A stretch of DNA of 59,989 bases, filler included. It is 6 parts of 6 records of this genome, joined end to end, with 100 filler letters (N's around TTAATTAATTAA, not from the genome) between each part and the next. Parts side by side here need not be neighbours in the genome. Positions count along the whole stretch, not along the records: positions 13,663 to 29,727 come from SRR31156797_7144; positions 29,828 to 42,401 come from SRR31156797_7145; 4 more parts are not named here. One strand, given 5' to 3'. This document shows positions 28,448 to 38,166 of this stretch, piece after piece. A program made the translations under genes and the position numbers. The notes beneath the pieces are model-generated. The model did no database searches and had not been told where the DNA came from. It saw only the letters and a program-made list of their open reading frames with translations. How positions within the stretch are numbered: position 1 is the first letter of the stretch; every line of letters starts with the position of its first letter.

Positions 28448-28774
28448 TTACGCACCAAAAACATATGTTATTGGCTTTTGTTTTGCGATTAATTCTATCT
28501 CCATCGCACTTCTTGGAAAAACTCTACATGCTAAAAGTATATTGTTATTTTCCTCTTCTTCACTGATATGCTTACGGTTCATTTTTGTCTTTTCAAACTC
28601 CCCTTTTAGGACCTTTATTTTGCAAAGTCCACAAGCACCATTGTGACACCCTTTTGGTACGAGGTCAGAACTTACAGATAATGAATCCATAAGATTCTTA
28701 TTATCAAAACATTCACGACTTCTCCCTTTATTGGTAACTACAATGTTATGTTTTAAATGTCTAGAAACATCCAT
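28448..28774 (-). CDS. xylT: XylT/DmpQ-type [2Fe-2S] ferredoxin
   Basis: GCHNGACGLCKIKV...MNRKHIS...LLACRVFPRS; immediately upstream of xylE; RBS AAGGAG. Confidence 0.88.
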   Translation of the reverse strand: MDVSRHLKHNIVVTNKGRSRECFDNKNLMDSLSVSSDLVPKGCHNGACGLCKIKVLKGEFEKTKMNRKHISEEEENNNILLACRVFPRSAMEIELIAKQKPITYVFGA

Positions 28775-28853
28775 AAATACTCTCCTTTTCGTAAAATTAC
28801 CTCCTTTATATAGAAGTGATTTGTTTTTTGTTTCAAAACTATACATAAAACAA

Positions 28854-28937
28854 TTCGCAGAAAAATCGCAATAGAAAAATTTTGATAAATTTTAAAAAAA
28901 TAAGATAGGGTAAAAAACGAATCGCAAAATAATCGCG
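28854..28937. promoter_or_regulatory. Two tandem direct-repeat boxes with 11-bp period in the divergent promoter region
   Basis: TTCGCA(28854)-ATCGCA(28865) and ATCGCA(28921)-ATCGCG(28932) in otherwise very AT-rich DNA. Confidence 0.6.
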
Positions 28938-28986
28938 AAAATTTAAAAAATTTATTTATTTGCTATAATCAAATAGTTGCAATTTT

Positions 28987-29727
28987 ATGAATATAAATCA
29001 AAATATCTTGGAGTATAAAAAAGTGTTTAATTTAAAAATAAATTTTTTTGACAATGACAAACTTGCAAAAAGATTCTCTTTAACTTTCTTAGTTGTAAGC
29101 ATCTTGGGTGTTATTTCATTGGACTATATAGTAAAAACATTTTTTCAAGATACTCAATGTACTAACTCTATAGTATTAGTATGTGGAGTAATCTTTATGC
29201 TTTTTGTTTCAGGACTACTCTATTTTATGATCAATCATATGCAAAAGACAATAAGAAGTATTGATAATGAGTATAAAAAACTCAAAAAACAAGACCAAGA
29301 TAAATTTGCTTTGTATGAGTTTGCTTTGGATAATTCGGTGGATTCTATCCATTGGTTTGATATGGAGGGAAAGTTTATCTATGTAAATAATGCAACTTGT
29401 AAACTAGATGGCTATACCAAGGAGGAGTTTAAAGAGCTTTATTTAGAGGATATTGATCCTAATTTTACAAGAGAGAGTGCAAAAAAATGTATGCTAGATA
29501 TAAAATATACACCCAATTGGAGGATAGAAACTACACACCGTAAAAAAGATGGAACAATCTATCCAATAGAGGTTTCAGGGCATGGTATTGTTTATGAGGG
29601 GAAAGATTATCTATGTGCTTTTGCAAGGGATATGACCCAAAGAACAGCCTATAGAAATAAGATCACCACTATGAATAAAGAGCTAAAAAAATCAGTGGAT
29701 GAAAAAGAGATCCTTTTAAAAGAGATT
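28987..29727 (+). CDS. Membrane PAS sensor histidine kinase (HisKA_2/HWE-like), 3' truncated
   Basis: Two TM helices; PAS domain (FIYVNNATC..GYTKEE...HRKKDGTIYPIEV...ARDMT); ends at EKEILLKEI, the usual lead-in to the HHRVKNN H-box. Confidence 0.8.
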
Positions 29728-29827
29728 NNNNNNNNNNNNNNNNNNNNNNNNNNNNNNNNNNNNNNNNNNNNTTAATTAATTAANNNNNNNNNNNNNNNNN
29801 NNNNNNNNNNNNNNNNNNNNNNNNNNN
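29728..29827. other. Artificial contig spacer
   Basis: N44-TTAATTAATTAA-N44. Confidence 0.99.
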
Positions 29828-29842
29828 TGTCCCAAGTCCGTT

Positions 29843-30060
29843 ACTCTTTCGAAAAAGAGCGTGGAACTATAGCCACTCAGAGATTTAGGTACCGCCAAGC
29901 ACCCGTACAACAGAATACTATAGCCCACGCAAAACGCGGGCGTATAAATCTATTCTTGTTGTACATTAAAATTGGCGGTTTTAAATCTCCCGAATAGAGC
30001 TAACGCTCATGCCTTCAATATTTCAATACTCCCAATAAGGAGTAATCATTCTATTATTTA
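29843..30060 (-). ncRNA. Candidate structured leader or regulatory RNA downstream of rteC
   Basis: Nested complementary segments over about 150 nt plus a mutually exclusive alternative helix; a Bacteroidota -7 promoter element lies just upstream. Confidence 0.5.
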
Positions 30061-30065
30061 CTTTA

Positions 30066-30073
30066 CAAAGGTA
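30066..30073 (-). promoter_or_regulatory. Bacteroidota sigmaA -7 element
   Basis: TACCTTTG matches the TAnnTTTG consensus and points leftward. Confidence 0.55.
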
Positions 30074-30111
30074 ACTCAAAACTTCTTCTTTTTTAAATTA
30101 TCCTTTAAATA

Positions 30112-30963
30112 CTACTCATCCAAATCATACATTCGTTTATTTAGCGCTTCTACCAGGCTATTCAAGAACTTAGTCCTGTCCTTCTTCCGTTTTTGAATCT
30201 CTTTAAATATCCGGTAGTAATCAACAAGTTTGACGTTAAACATCTTTTCAAAAATTTCAACTAATTCTTTTATCTCAATATGTCCATGGTTTACAACTTT
30301 TGCACTATCTAGTGCATAGATCAGTTCTACTAATGCAGTATCTGTATCACTCCAGTGGGCATTTGAATGAACATTATCCAGTGATTCTCCTTGTACATGC
30401 TCTTTTTCATTTTTCAATTTTATTATTTCTTTATCCACGTATTTTACAAGCCTTTCATGGGCTATAATTTTAGCAACTGTCTGGTCATAATTGGTTGAAA
30501 AATCCGGGTCAATCAAATTTCCAAAATTATCCTTGTGGATCCTAAAATCAGATTTTCCCCGAAGAAAATAGATATCATCCAAATGAGTTTGTTTCCTCCA
30601 ATAATATTCACAGAACTCTTTATTGTCTCGAAAATAGTAATGCAGTTTTGACAGAACACATTCCAAATACTCAATCTGTATTTCTTTCCCAGCATCTCGC
30701 CTTCTAATCTCAATATCAAAGAGTTTTATAAAAAAGATCAAGTTACTACCAACACACGGTTTAATATATTTAAAGAAATGGATTTCATCTTTTTGATCTT
30801 TGAATCCTTCTTTTAGAACCTTGTTTCTTATTTCAATTATTACAGAATTACACAATCCGATCGCTTTTTCTATATTTTGAAACATATTACCTGAACAATG
30901 GTGTAGTTGCTCTAACTCCCTTTCCAGGTTACATACTATTTCCTGATATTGTTTATTATCCAT
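30112..30963 (-). CDS. rteC: RteC domain protein
   Basis: EIHFFKYIKP, LDDIYFLRG, DPDFSTNYD...AKIIA, WSDTDTALVELIYAL, IQKRKKDRTKFLNSL. Confidence 0.88.
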   Translation of the reverse strand: MDNKQYQEIVCNLERELEQLHHCSGNMFQNIEKAIGLCNSVIIEIRNKVLKEGFKDQKDEIHFFKYIKPCVGSNLIFFIKLFDIEIRRRDAGKEIQIEYLECVLSKLHYYFRDNKEFCEYYWRKQTHLDDIYFLRGKSDFRIHKDNFGNLIDPDFSTNYDQTVAKIIAHERLVKYVDKEIIKLKNEKEHVQGESLDNVHSNAHWSDTDTALVELIYALDSAKVVNHGHIEIKELVEIFEKMFNVKLVDYYRIFKEIQKRKKDRTKFLNSLVEALNKRMYDLDE

Positions 30964-31384
30964 CTCAAAGGATTCCTTAATACAAATTCAGGCTCATGGC
31001 TTTAATTATTCAAACCTGTAAATGTATTGGGGGTAAAAAGTCCCTCATTTCTATTCTAATTATTTGCTTATTCAATATGTTCTTCCCGCTATTGTTTATG
31101 CTGATACAGTTTCTTATCATACGCTGTAAAACCTTAGCAGCAATGGGGTAAAACAAATTTTCTATATCATATAGGTTAATCTTTAAGATTATTACTTTCG
31201 GCAAATTCTGGGAGCACAATGTGCCCCCTGAAAACAAGTTACATTTATGCAACCTGAAGATTAATACCAAATACAATCAATTATGTGCTGTATTTAGATA
31301 TTATTTTGGCTATAATTTTTCTTTACTACTATTAAACATTAGTTTCTATTATTTAAGATGTAATCCCTTTGATTGTTTCTTAAT

Positions 31385-31412
31385 ATCCCGGGAGCTTAAC
31401 TACTCCCGGGAT
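31385..31412. terminator. GC-rich hairpin, terminator-like
   Basis: ATCCCGGGAG-N8-CTCCCGGGAT downstream of the small minus-strand ORF. Confidence 0.55.
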
Positions 31413-31493
31413 TCCTCTTTTACTAAATACTCACTAAACTATGTAACTATATTAATTAACGCTTTTGTTATTATATTCATTTAATATGCATTT

Positions 31494-31682
31494 TTAATGC
31501 TTTAGTATTTGAGAACAACGAACATGGTGCCTAAAAATCTTTTCTATTTTATAATCATCCAGTTTATTTATCCACAGAATCTTTTCTTCGAAAGAAAAAT
31601 GATCAATTTCCAACAATGGACAATCCATATTTCGATTTCTTTTAGGGCATTCATAAGCAATACAATATAGATATATCTTCAC
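31494..31682 (-). CDS. Small Cys/His-containing hypothetical protein
   Basis: 62 aa with C..CP...CP...HH..C pattern; bounded by hairpins on both sides. Confidence 0.55.
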   Translation of the reverse strand: MKIYLYCIAYECPKRNRNMDCPLLEIDHFSFEEKILWINKLDDYKIEKIFRHHVRCSQILKH

Positions 31683-31761
31683 CTATTAATCTTCATATAT
31701 GTTTATTCACAGTACACCAAATCAATATTTTCGAAATTTGTTGAACACAATAGTAAAATCA

Positions 31762-31798
31762 AATACCAAAATCCCAGGAATTCCTTGAACTCCTGGGA
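31762..31798 (-). terminator. Intrinsic terminator of the sugar operon
   Basis: TCCCAGGA...TCCTGGGA stem followed by TTTTGGTATTT on the minus strand. Confidence 0.6.
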
Positions 31799-31902
31799 AC
31801 CTTGTTGAGAAAACAAGGAAACTAACTAATTAACTAACTATTAAGTATTTCATTCTCTTTTTATTCAAATCATTTTCCTTTTAAGGATACCTTTATTATT
31901 GT

Positions 31903-34140
31903 CTATAATTTTAAAGTGTGTACAAACTTAACCTGAACAATTTGATCAATTATTTTAACTTTTGATATTTCATTATCAAAATATCCCGAAGTAGGCCTTA
32001 TCTCATTATATACTAAATACAGGTCGGTCCCTTCTCGGGGATTATACCGAAGCCTGAAATTTGAAATTGTAAGTTGGTCGTTGCTGTTATACTGTACAAA
32101 TGTACTGGCTGACAATTTTGTATTAAACATATATAAAAACCTAATCCGCCCTATATGGGCATACATTTCCTGCCCCCTGTCCGAAAATTCAACATGATTA
32201 AAATTATAATAACCGCTTAATTGCACACTGGCAGATATGTTAAAAACCGGTTCGGCTGTAATAGTTAAACTATTTCCATCAAAATATTGCCCCCCCATAA
32301 TTGTCAGTTCAGTGGAAACCGGTTTAGAAGAAGGAGAGCCAAACGTATTTTTGGTAAAAACATACTTGTACTCATTGACTGGGACTACTACGTTATCTGC
32401 TAATTTAAACGGATTATCGACACCCTGTTCCATATAAAAAACACGGATCTTGCCTGTCCATCCACTCTTGGTAACAAAACTGAGAACCGGACCATAAGAT
32501 GCTGTTTCCAATTTATTGTCTGTAACACGGTACTCCTTGTATATAAAAGCTTTGGCTGAATAGCTGAATAATTTTGAATTGCCTTCCGGCAGCCATCCAT
32601 ACTGCATCTCTAACTGTGCTACTTTGGTAGCATATTTCGTCATAAAACCAACTTGTGGGTCGAAATCTTCCCCGGCGTAAGAATAAGAAAGGAGATAAGC
32701 CAAGCCCCTGTTGCTCCGCCTTTCCCAGTTAAAACGGAAAAAAGCATCGTCTAATGAAGAAGTAAAATTTTCCCCATCCGGGCTTGTAACCTGTGCTACA
32801 TTTACCTCTACATAATCATCTCCAAAAACCCTGAAAATCCCATCAGCCCCATATGAAAAATCATTTGTATTGCCACCGCCCATCCTTGATGTAAGGATAG
32901 CCCCGACATAAGAATTGGCGTTAAAAACCTGCCTGCGAAAACGTAAAACACCAAAATTTTCTGAATCAAGAGTTTCACTTTTTTGTGTTTGCATATCCAT
33001 AAAACCGATGTCCCATTTTCCGACCCTTCCGGTCAGCCTGGCCCCGCCAAGGATCGGCACAGGGGCCCCATTGTCGTCAAGGCCAATCTTCCGGCTGTAA
33101 AATAATTGACTTTGGTCCCTGAGGCTGAAATTAAAGATGCTTGCCCTTTCCTGGAAAAAAGTCCTTTTTTCCGGGTAATATAAGGCATAACGGGTAAGGT
33201 TGACCTCTTCATCGTCGGCTTCTATCTGGGAGAAATCGGTGTTAACCGTCAAGTCCAAGGTTAAATTACTGGTCAGGCTGTATTTTACATCCAATCCTCC
33301 AGTAAGCGTTTTATCTTCTGAATAATCGAAAGTAGCCCCGGTTTCGTCCAATTCGTTCAACCTGCTAATACCAGCTGTTACATAAGGGGCAATATAAACC
33401 GGCTTTGATTCTTCAATCCCGGACAGTACAATTGTTTGGCCCAGCGATGGTTTTTGCGGTGCCAGCGCACCATACTTCGGGTCAATATCGGGATATGTAT
33501 TCACTTCGTTACAATGGCTAATGGTACGGTTGATAATCAACCCCATTTTTACCTGGTTATTGACTGATTGAAATTGCAGGCTTGAAAAAGGAATTCGCAT
33601 TTCCACTGACCACCCATCTTCCGTCCGGGCTGTTTTTACATCCCAGAAAGTATTCCAACTGTAATTAATATTTGTCGACCCATACGTACTGAGGGTTTCC
33701 TGCGCATCGTTCGATACGGCAAAATCAATGCGCTGTCCGGCGGGCATCGTAAAGAATGCCAGGGCATTTTCATTGTCATCATACGTATCAAGTAATATTC
33801 CAAATGAATCCGGGTTTTTCGATTTTTCATCACGCTTTTTACTGGTCGAAACAACCTTGGATGCATCCTTGTATTCCAAATTTGCCGAAACCCATAAATA
33901 GCTGTCGTCGTAGCTAAGGTAGACATCAGCCTGTTCAGAAGGCTTATCCCCGTAATTTGGTGCATGCATGGTTAAATCAAACCGACGGGCTGTTTGCCAG
34001 AACGGTTCATCAGGGACACCATTAAATTTTATCTCCCCGGCCCCCTTTTTAATGGTTACAACTTCCTGTCCCTGGACAAATCCTCTCAGTAAAATAAACA
34101 GCAGTATGAATAAAATTTTTTTGTTGTTTTTAGTTTTCAT
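31903..34140 (-). CDS. CBM9-like + DUF5916 outer-membrane protein
   Basis: Signal peptide; GWSVEMRIPFSSL (CBM9-like); GLDVKY..TSNLTLDLTVNTDFSQIEAD...NLTRY...PEKRTFFQE; beta-strand-rich C-terminus. Confidence 0.85.
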   Translation of the reverse strand: MKTKNNKKILFILLFILLRGFVQGQEVVTIKKGAGEIKFNGVPDEPFWQTARRFDLTMHAPNYGDKPSEQADVYLSYDDSYLWVSANLEYKDASKVVSTSKKRDEKSKNPDSFGILLDTYDDNENALAFFTMPAGQRIDFAVSNDAQETLSTYGSTNINYSWNTFWDVKTARTEDGWSVEMRIPFSSLQFQSVNNQVKMGLIINRTISHCNEVNTYPDIDPKYGALAPQKPSLGQTIVLSGIEESKPVYIAPYVTAGISRLNELDETGATFDYSEDKTLTGGLDVKYSLTSNLTLDLTVNTDFSQIEADDEEVNLTRYALYYPEKRTFFQERASIFNFSLRDQSQLFYSRKIGLDDNGAPVPILGGARLTGRVGKWDIGFMDMQTQKSETLDSENFGVLRFRRQVFNANSYVGAILTSRMGGGNTNDFSYGADGIFRVFGDDYVEVNVAQVTSPDGENFTSSLDDAFFRFNWERRSNRGLAYLLSYSYAGEDFDPQVGFMTKYATKVAQLEMQYGWLPEGNSKLFSYSAKAFIYKEYRVTDNKLETASYGPVLSFVTKSGWTGKIRVFYMEQGVDNPFKLADNVVVPVNEYKYVFTKNTFGSPSSKPVSTELTIMGGQYFDGNSLTITAEPVFNISASVQLSGYYNFNHVEFSDRGQEMYAHIGRIRFLYMFNTKLSASTFVQYNSNDQLTISNFRLRYNPREGTDLYLVYNEIRPTSGYFDNEISKVKIIDQIVQVKFVHTLKL

Positions 34141-34316
34141 GTTAAATTAAATTTACAATCAGAAAAGTTTGACAGTAACTTTTTACAATTTTATTTTAAG
34201 GAAAGCCTTAACTATAAAAAGCCAATGCAGATTTCCATTAAATTCTTACAGAAATAACAGGTGAGTATATTGGAGGCAACCAAACTCTTAAGGTCAATTC
34301 AACTACAATTTTCAAC

Positions 34317-35984
34317 TCAATAATCGAACTCAATAAACTTCCCGAATTCCAAATACTTTTCATAAAGCTTTTTGTATTTTCTTACATTTTCGGGAATAGG
34401 GTAATATTCGGTTTCTATGCCACCACCCATATTTTTCTGTGCCCCGGATGTATTTGAATATACTCCTGCGGCAACGGCTGCAACCATAGCAGAGCCCAAT
34501 GCACATGCCTGCTCTGAACGAGCCACTTTTATTGGCATATCCAAAACATCAGCTAAAATTTGCATTACAAAAGGAGATTTTTTTGCCACCCCTCCAAGTG
34601 CAATTATTCCATCAATCCGCACACCTTCGGAAACAAACCTGTCGTTAATTGCTTTTGAACCAAATGCCGTAGCCTCAACCAATGCGCGAAAAATACGCGG
34701 TGCACCTGAACCCAGGTTCAAACCGGCAATGGCCCCTTTCAGGTTTTGATTGGCATCAGGTGTACGACGGCCATTCATCCAGTCAAGAGCCACAATCCCA
34801 CTTTCATCAATTGTAATTTTTACTGCTTCTTCGCTCAATTTTACTATTATTTTATCTGAGATTTCATCCATAAGTTTTTGTTTGGTAACTTCATCCAGCA
34901 ACTCCGATTCTGTCAGAATATTTTTCAAAGGCCATTCCAACACCTGTTTAAACCATGCATAAATATCGCCAAAAGCAGACTGTCCGGCCTCCAGCCCCAA
35001 CATCCCCGGCACAATAGAACCATCCACCTGCCCACAGATCCCAGCCACCAGTTTATCTCCAACCTCCTCCATCGGGGCAATTAGCATATCACAGGTGGAG
35101 GTTCCCATTACTTTGGAAACATAATATGGTTCAATCTCAGCACCTACCGCACCCAAATGAGCATCAAAAGCCCCAACGCCAACTACTACATCGGTGGAGA
35201 GCCCAAGCTTACCAGCCCATTCTTCAGTTAATTTACCTGCTGACATATCACAGGTAAATGTTTCTTTGTATAAATTATCCCTTAACCCTCCCAGCATTGG
35301 GTCAAGTGCCGTTAAAAATTCCTCGGATGGCAGCCCTCCAAATGCTTCATGCCACATTGCTTTATGCCCTGCTGCACAACGGCTTCGTTTTAATATTTTT
35401 GGGTTTGTATTCCCGGTTAAAACAGCCGGAATCCAATCGCAGTGTTCCACCCACGAATATGCTGCTTTGAAAACACCGGCATCTTCACGAATAACATGTA
35501 ACAACTTCGCCCAAAACCATTCTGAAGAATAAATACCGCCTTCGAATTTGGTAAAATCGATTTCCCATCCTTTTGCCAGTTGATTAATTTCTTCGGCCTC
35601 TTTTACTGCTGTATGGTCTTTCCACAAAACAAACATCGCGTTTGGGTTCTCCTCAAATCCCGGAGTCAGGGAAAGTGGTGTCCCTTCTTCATCGACTGCT
35701 ACCGGAGTTGAACCGGTAGTATCCACTGAAATTCCCACCACATTTTTGGCTACCTCGTAAGGAGCCTGCTTTATTGCCTCGGCAATGGTGTATTCCAGCC
35801 CTTCGAGATAATCCTTTGGATGTTGACGGAACTGATTACCGGATGGGCTGCAATATTTTCCTTCTTTCCAACGGGGGTATTTAAAAACCACGTTTGATAC
35901 CTCTTCACCATTTTTTGTATTTACGATCAAGGAACGGACTGAGTCCGTCCCATAATCTATTCCTATTGTATATTTATCACTCAT
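34317..35984 (-). CDS. araB: Ribulokinase (FGGY family)
   Basis: IGIDYGTDSVR, VDTTGSTP, LWKDHTA, YSSEWFWAK, CAAGHKAMW, LDWMNGRRTP. Confidence 0.92.
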   Translation of the reverse strand: MSDKYTIGIDYGTDSVRSLIVNTKNGEEVSNVVFKYPRWKEGKYCSPSGNQFRQHPKDYLEGLEYTIAEAIKQAPYEVAKNVVGISVDTTGSTPVAVDEEGTPLSLTPGFEENPNAMFVLWKDHTAVKEAEEINQLAKGWEIDFTKFEGGIYSSEWFWAKLLHVIREDAGVFKAAYSWVEHCDWIPAVLTGNTNPKILKRSRCAAGHKAMWHEAFGGLPSEEFLTALDPMLGGLRDNLYKETFTCDMSAGKLTEEWAGKLGLSTDVVVGVGAFDAHLGAVGAEIEPYYVSKVMGTSTCDMLIAPMEEVGDKLVAGICGQVDGSIVPGMLGLEAGQSAFGDIYAWFKQVLEWPLKNILTESELLDEVTKQKLMDEISDKIIVKLSEEAVKITIDESGIVALDWMNGRRTPDANQNLKGAIAGLNLGSGAPRIFRALVEATAFGSKAINDRFVSEGVRIDGIIALGGVAKKSPFVMQILADVLDMPIKVARSEQACALGSAMVAAVAAGVYSNTSGAQKNMGGGIETEYYPIPENVRKYKKLYEKYLEFGKFIEFDY

Positions 35985-36085
35985 TTTAATTATTTTTTAA
36001 CGTCATAGGCATTTTTATCATGTTTCCTAAGAAAATTGTTATCCTATAATAGAGTAATTGTATTTTGTATTGTTTCTTTTGATTT

Positions 36086-38062
36086 TTAAAATTCTATTTT
36101 CTCAAGATAAATTCTGTGAAGCAGGAATGTATTAGACTTTAAGTGTTGCGGATGGTCTCGCATCATCATGGTAATTGTATTCGTGCCTTCTTTAATGGAG
36201 AGTTCTCCAATGTATTCTTTCTCAACGAACGTATTTTTGGGTGCATATCCGTTTAGTCCTCTCTTAACAGGCACTTGCCTTTGATTTACATCAAACTGTC
36301 CACATTCTGATCCCTTTACATACGACAGGTAAAGTTTATACTTTCCTTCACCCGGTACAGCCAGTTCGAACTTTGCAAAATTTCCTTCATTCCCACACAG
36401 TTTATAAACCTGATAATCCTGCTCCGTCGATGCATCTTTACAATTTTCATTGGTGATCTCAACCCCTCGACTCAATGCTTGTATAGGTAAAACTTGTATC
36501 CAATACTCGAGTGTTTTGGGTGATTCAATTTGACAAAGCATTTTCGCGGGTGGCAGGTTATTTGATACTGGAGGTGTATCGCAGTAAAAAAATGCAATTG
36601 TAGTGTAATCCACAGGCAAATTGTTATTTTCCGGGCCATGTTCAATTGTAAGTGAAATGTTTTCTTCAAATGAAATCTTATCAGTTAACATAAAACGATA
36701 TCCACCTGTACGTGCCATTGGAACAGAATAATCAAGACACCCGTGTAGCGGCAGGCTATATCCCTGGTCCCATCTATCGGCTACAGCATACCATCCTCCA
36801 TTGAAGTAATCTTCCGAGCCTGTTCCGTGGATTCTCAATTCACCATCGATATAACATTTATCATCGCTCTCAAAAAACCATGTCATTCCTGAGTTTAATC
36901 CTTGTGCCTGCAAAATAGTTCCGACATAATGACCTCGTCCAACAGCATCCAATATTCTATAAGGTTTTCCCATCTCCGGATTCTTTTCCCTTCGCCATTT
37001 GGCATAAAATTTCCCTTCGTTTTCAGCACGTTTCTTTTCAGAATAATAGATTGTCACAGTCACAGGAATCTCTGCAACCTTATTTAAGGGATTTCGCAAA
37101 AATTCCAACTCCAGGATTGCTTTTTCATCGAATGGCATAGGAAGATAGCAGGAGTGTATATTGTTTCTTACGCCAAGCAACAGCGACTTCACAGAAGGTT
37201 CACCAAATGCATAACCAAAAAAGTCAGTAAACGGACTGTTGATTGCAGGCACTGGTTCATCGTCCCATCTGGCACGCAGAATCAATTCTTTGAACTCACT
37301 ATTAAGCTGAATATCAGGAGTGATTTCAATTCCGCAAATGCGTCCACCGTTTGTTGCCTGGAAAACTGGAACTGTCTCTCCGGGTTTAATTATATAACTG
37401 TCTTTAAATTTTTTCAATCCCTTATTCTCGGCTAAGACTTCGTTTAGTATCTTTTTATCATAATTTTGCCAGACTTTAATAACTTTTTCCAAAGCACTAT
37501 TTTCGACCTCGGAGAGTTTTTCCGAAAATGATTTATCAACCTTTTCTTTTGCTGTTTCACTGTATTGAATTTGTATAAACCGCATCTTTCCTTTAAAAAC
37601 AATTTTACTTGATTTTTTATAAGGAATAGGTAAATAACAGTAGTAGCCTCCAACTTCGTTACCCACTACGGGGCGCTTGAATGGATATTCATCTCCGGAG
37701 AAAAGATCAATAAACTTTCGTTCTATGCGGGGGGTAGTTTCCCCATCAAAATAAAACTGTATAGTATCATCGGTTGGAGTAGGTGTCCAGATACGATGAA
37801 TTATTCCGGGTCCATCAAGCTCGGCAATTACCTGGTTCCCGTTTTCTTCTCTCAAGAATGAGTATTTTCCCGAAAAGCCATCGTCGTTTCCACCCGTTGC
37901 ATCATAACTCGAAATTTGTTTTGAGATTACATTCTCCTGAAATTGAGGCAGTAAATCGAGCCGTGCAAGTTTTAAGATTTCATCTTTATTGTCAGCGAAA
38001 CTTACCACGCGAAGGCAGAAAAAAAGGAAAAATAATATGATGTTAAATTTTAATGTTTTCAT
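36086..38062 (-). CDS. Glycoside hydrolase family 172 (DUF2961), long form with a C-terminal beta-sandwich
   Basis: Signal peptide; SSYDATGGNDDG, GPGIIHRIW, YLPMPF, FFESDD, HGTGSEDYFNGGWY, IEHGPENN. Confidence 0.88.
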   Translation of the reverse strand: MKTLKFNIILFFLFFCLRVVSFADNKDEILKLARLDLLPQFQENVISKQISSYDATGGNDDGFSGKYSFLREENGNQVIAELDGPGIIHRIWTPTPTDDTIQFYFDGETTPRIERKFIDLFSGDEYPFKRPVVGNEVGGYYCYLPIPYKKSSKIVFKGKMRFIQIQYSETAKEKVDKSFSEKLSEVENSALEKVIKVWQNYDKKILNEVLAENKGLKKFKDSYIIKPGETVPVFQATNGGRICGIEITPDIQLNSEFKELILRARWDDEPVPAINSPFTDFFGYAFGEPSVKSLLLGVRNNIHSCYLPMPFDEKAILELEFLRNPLNKVAEIPVTVTIYYSEKKRAENEGKFYAKWRREKNPEMGKPYRILDAVGRGHYVGTILQAQGLNSGMTWFFESDDKCYIDGELRIHGTGSEDYFNGGWYAVADRWDQGYSLPLHGCLDYSVPMARTGGYRFMLTDKISFEENISLTIEHGPENNNLPVDYTTIAFFYCDTPPVSNNLPPAKMLCQIESPKTLEYWIQVLPIQALSRGVEITNENCKDASTEQDYQVYKLCGNEGNFAKFELAVPGEGKYKLYLSYVKGSECGQFDVNQRQVPVKRGLNGYAPKNTFVEKEYIGELSIKEGTNTITMMMRDHPQHLKSNTFLLHRIYLEKIEF

Positions 38063-38166
38063 TTCTTATCGTATTTTCTAGCTAAAAGTTAAAATCCTGC
38101 TCCCGAAAATTCAGATTATTGCAGCTACTTTTAGCTTTTATAAATCTCTATTTCATTTTTTTTGCT

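Noticed and set aside
28775-28846. N-terminal extension of xylT in the ORF track (and similar extensions on glcG, dmpF and the PlcP-like gene)
   Set aside because: Downstream ATGs fit the family lengths and, where visible, have better RBSs; the extensions overlap promoters or neighbouring genes.
31010-31484. ORFs 31010-31276 (-) and 31221-31484 (+)
   Set aside because: Overlapping, AT-rich, motif-free frames, one of which crosses a terminator-like hairpin; likely spurious.
31810-31845. AACTAACTAATTAACTAACTA short tandem repeat
   Set aside because: Low-complexity tract beside a terminator; no spacer structure, so not CRISPR.
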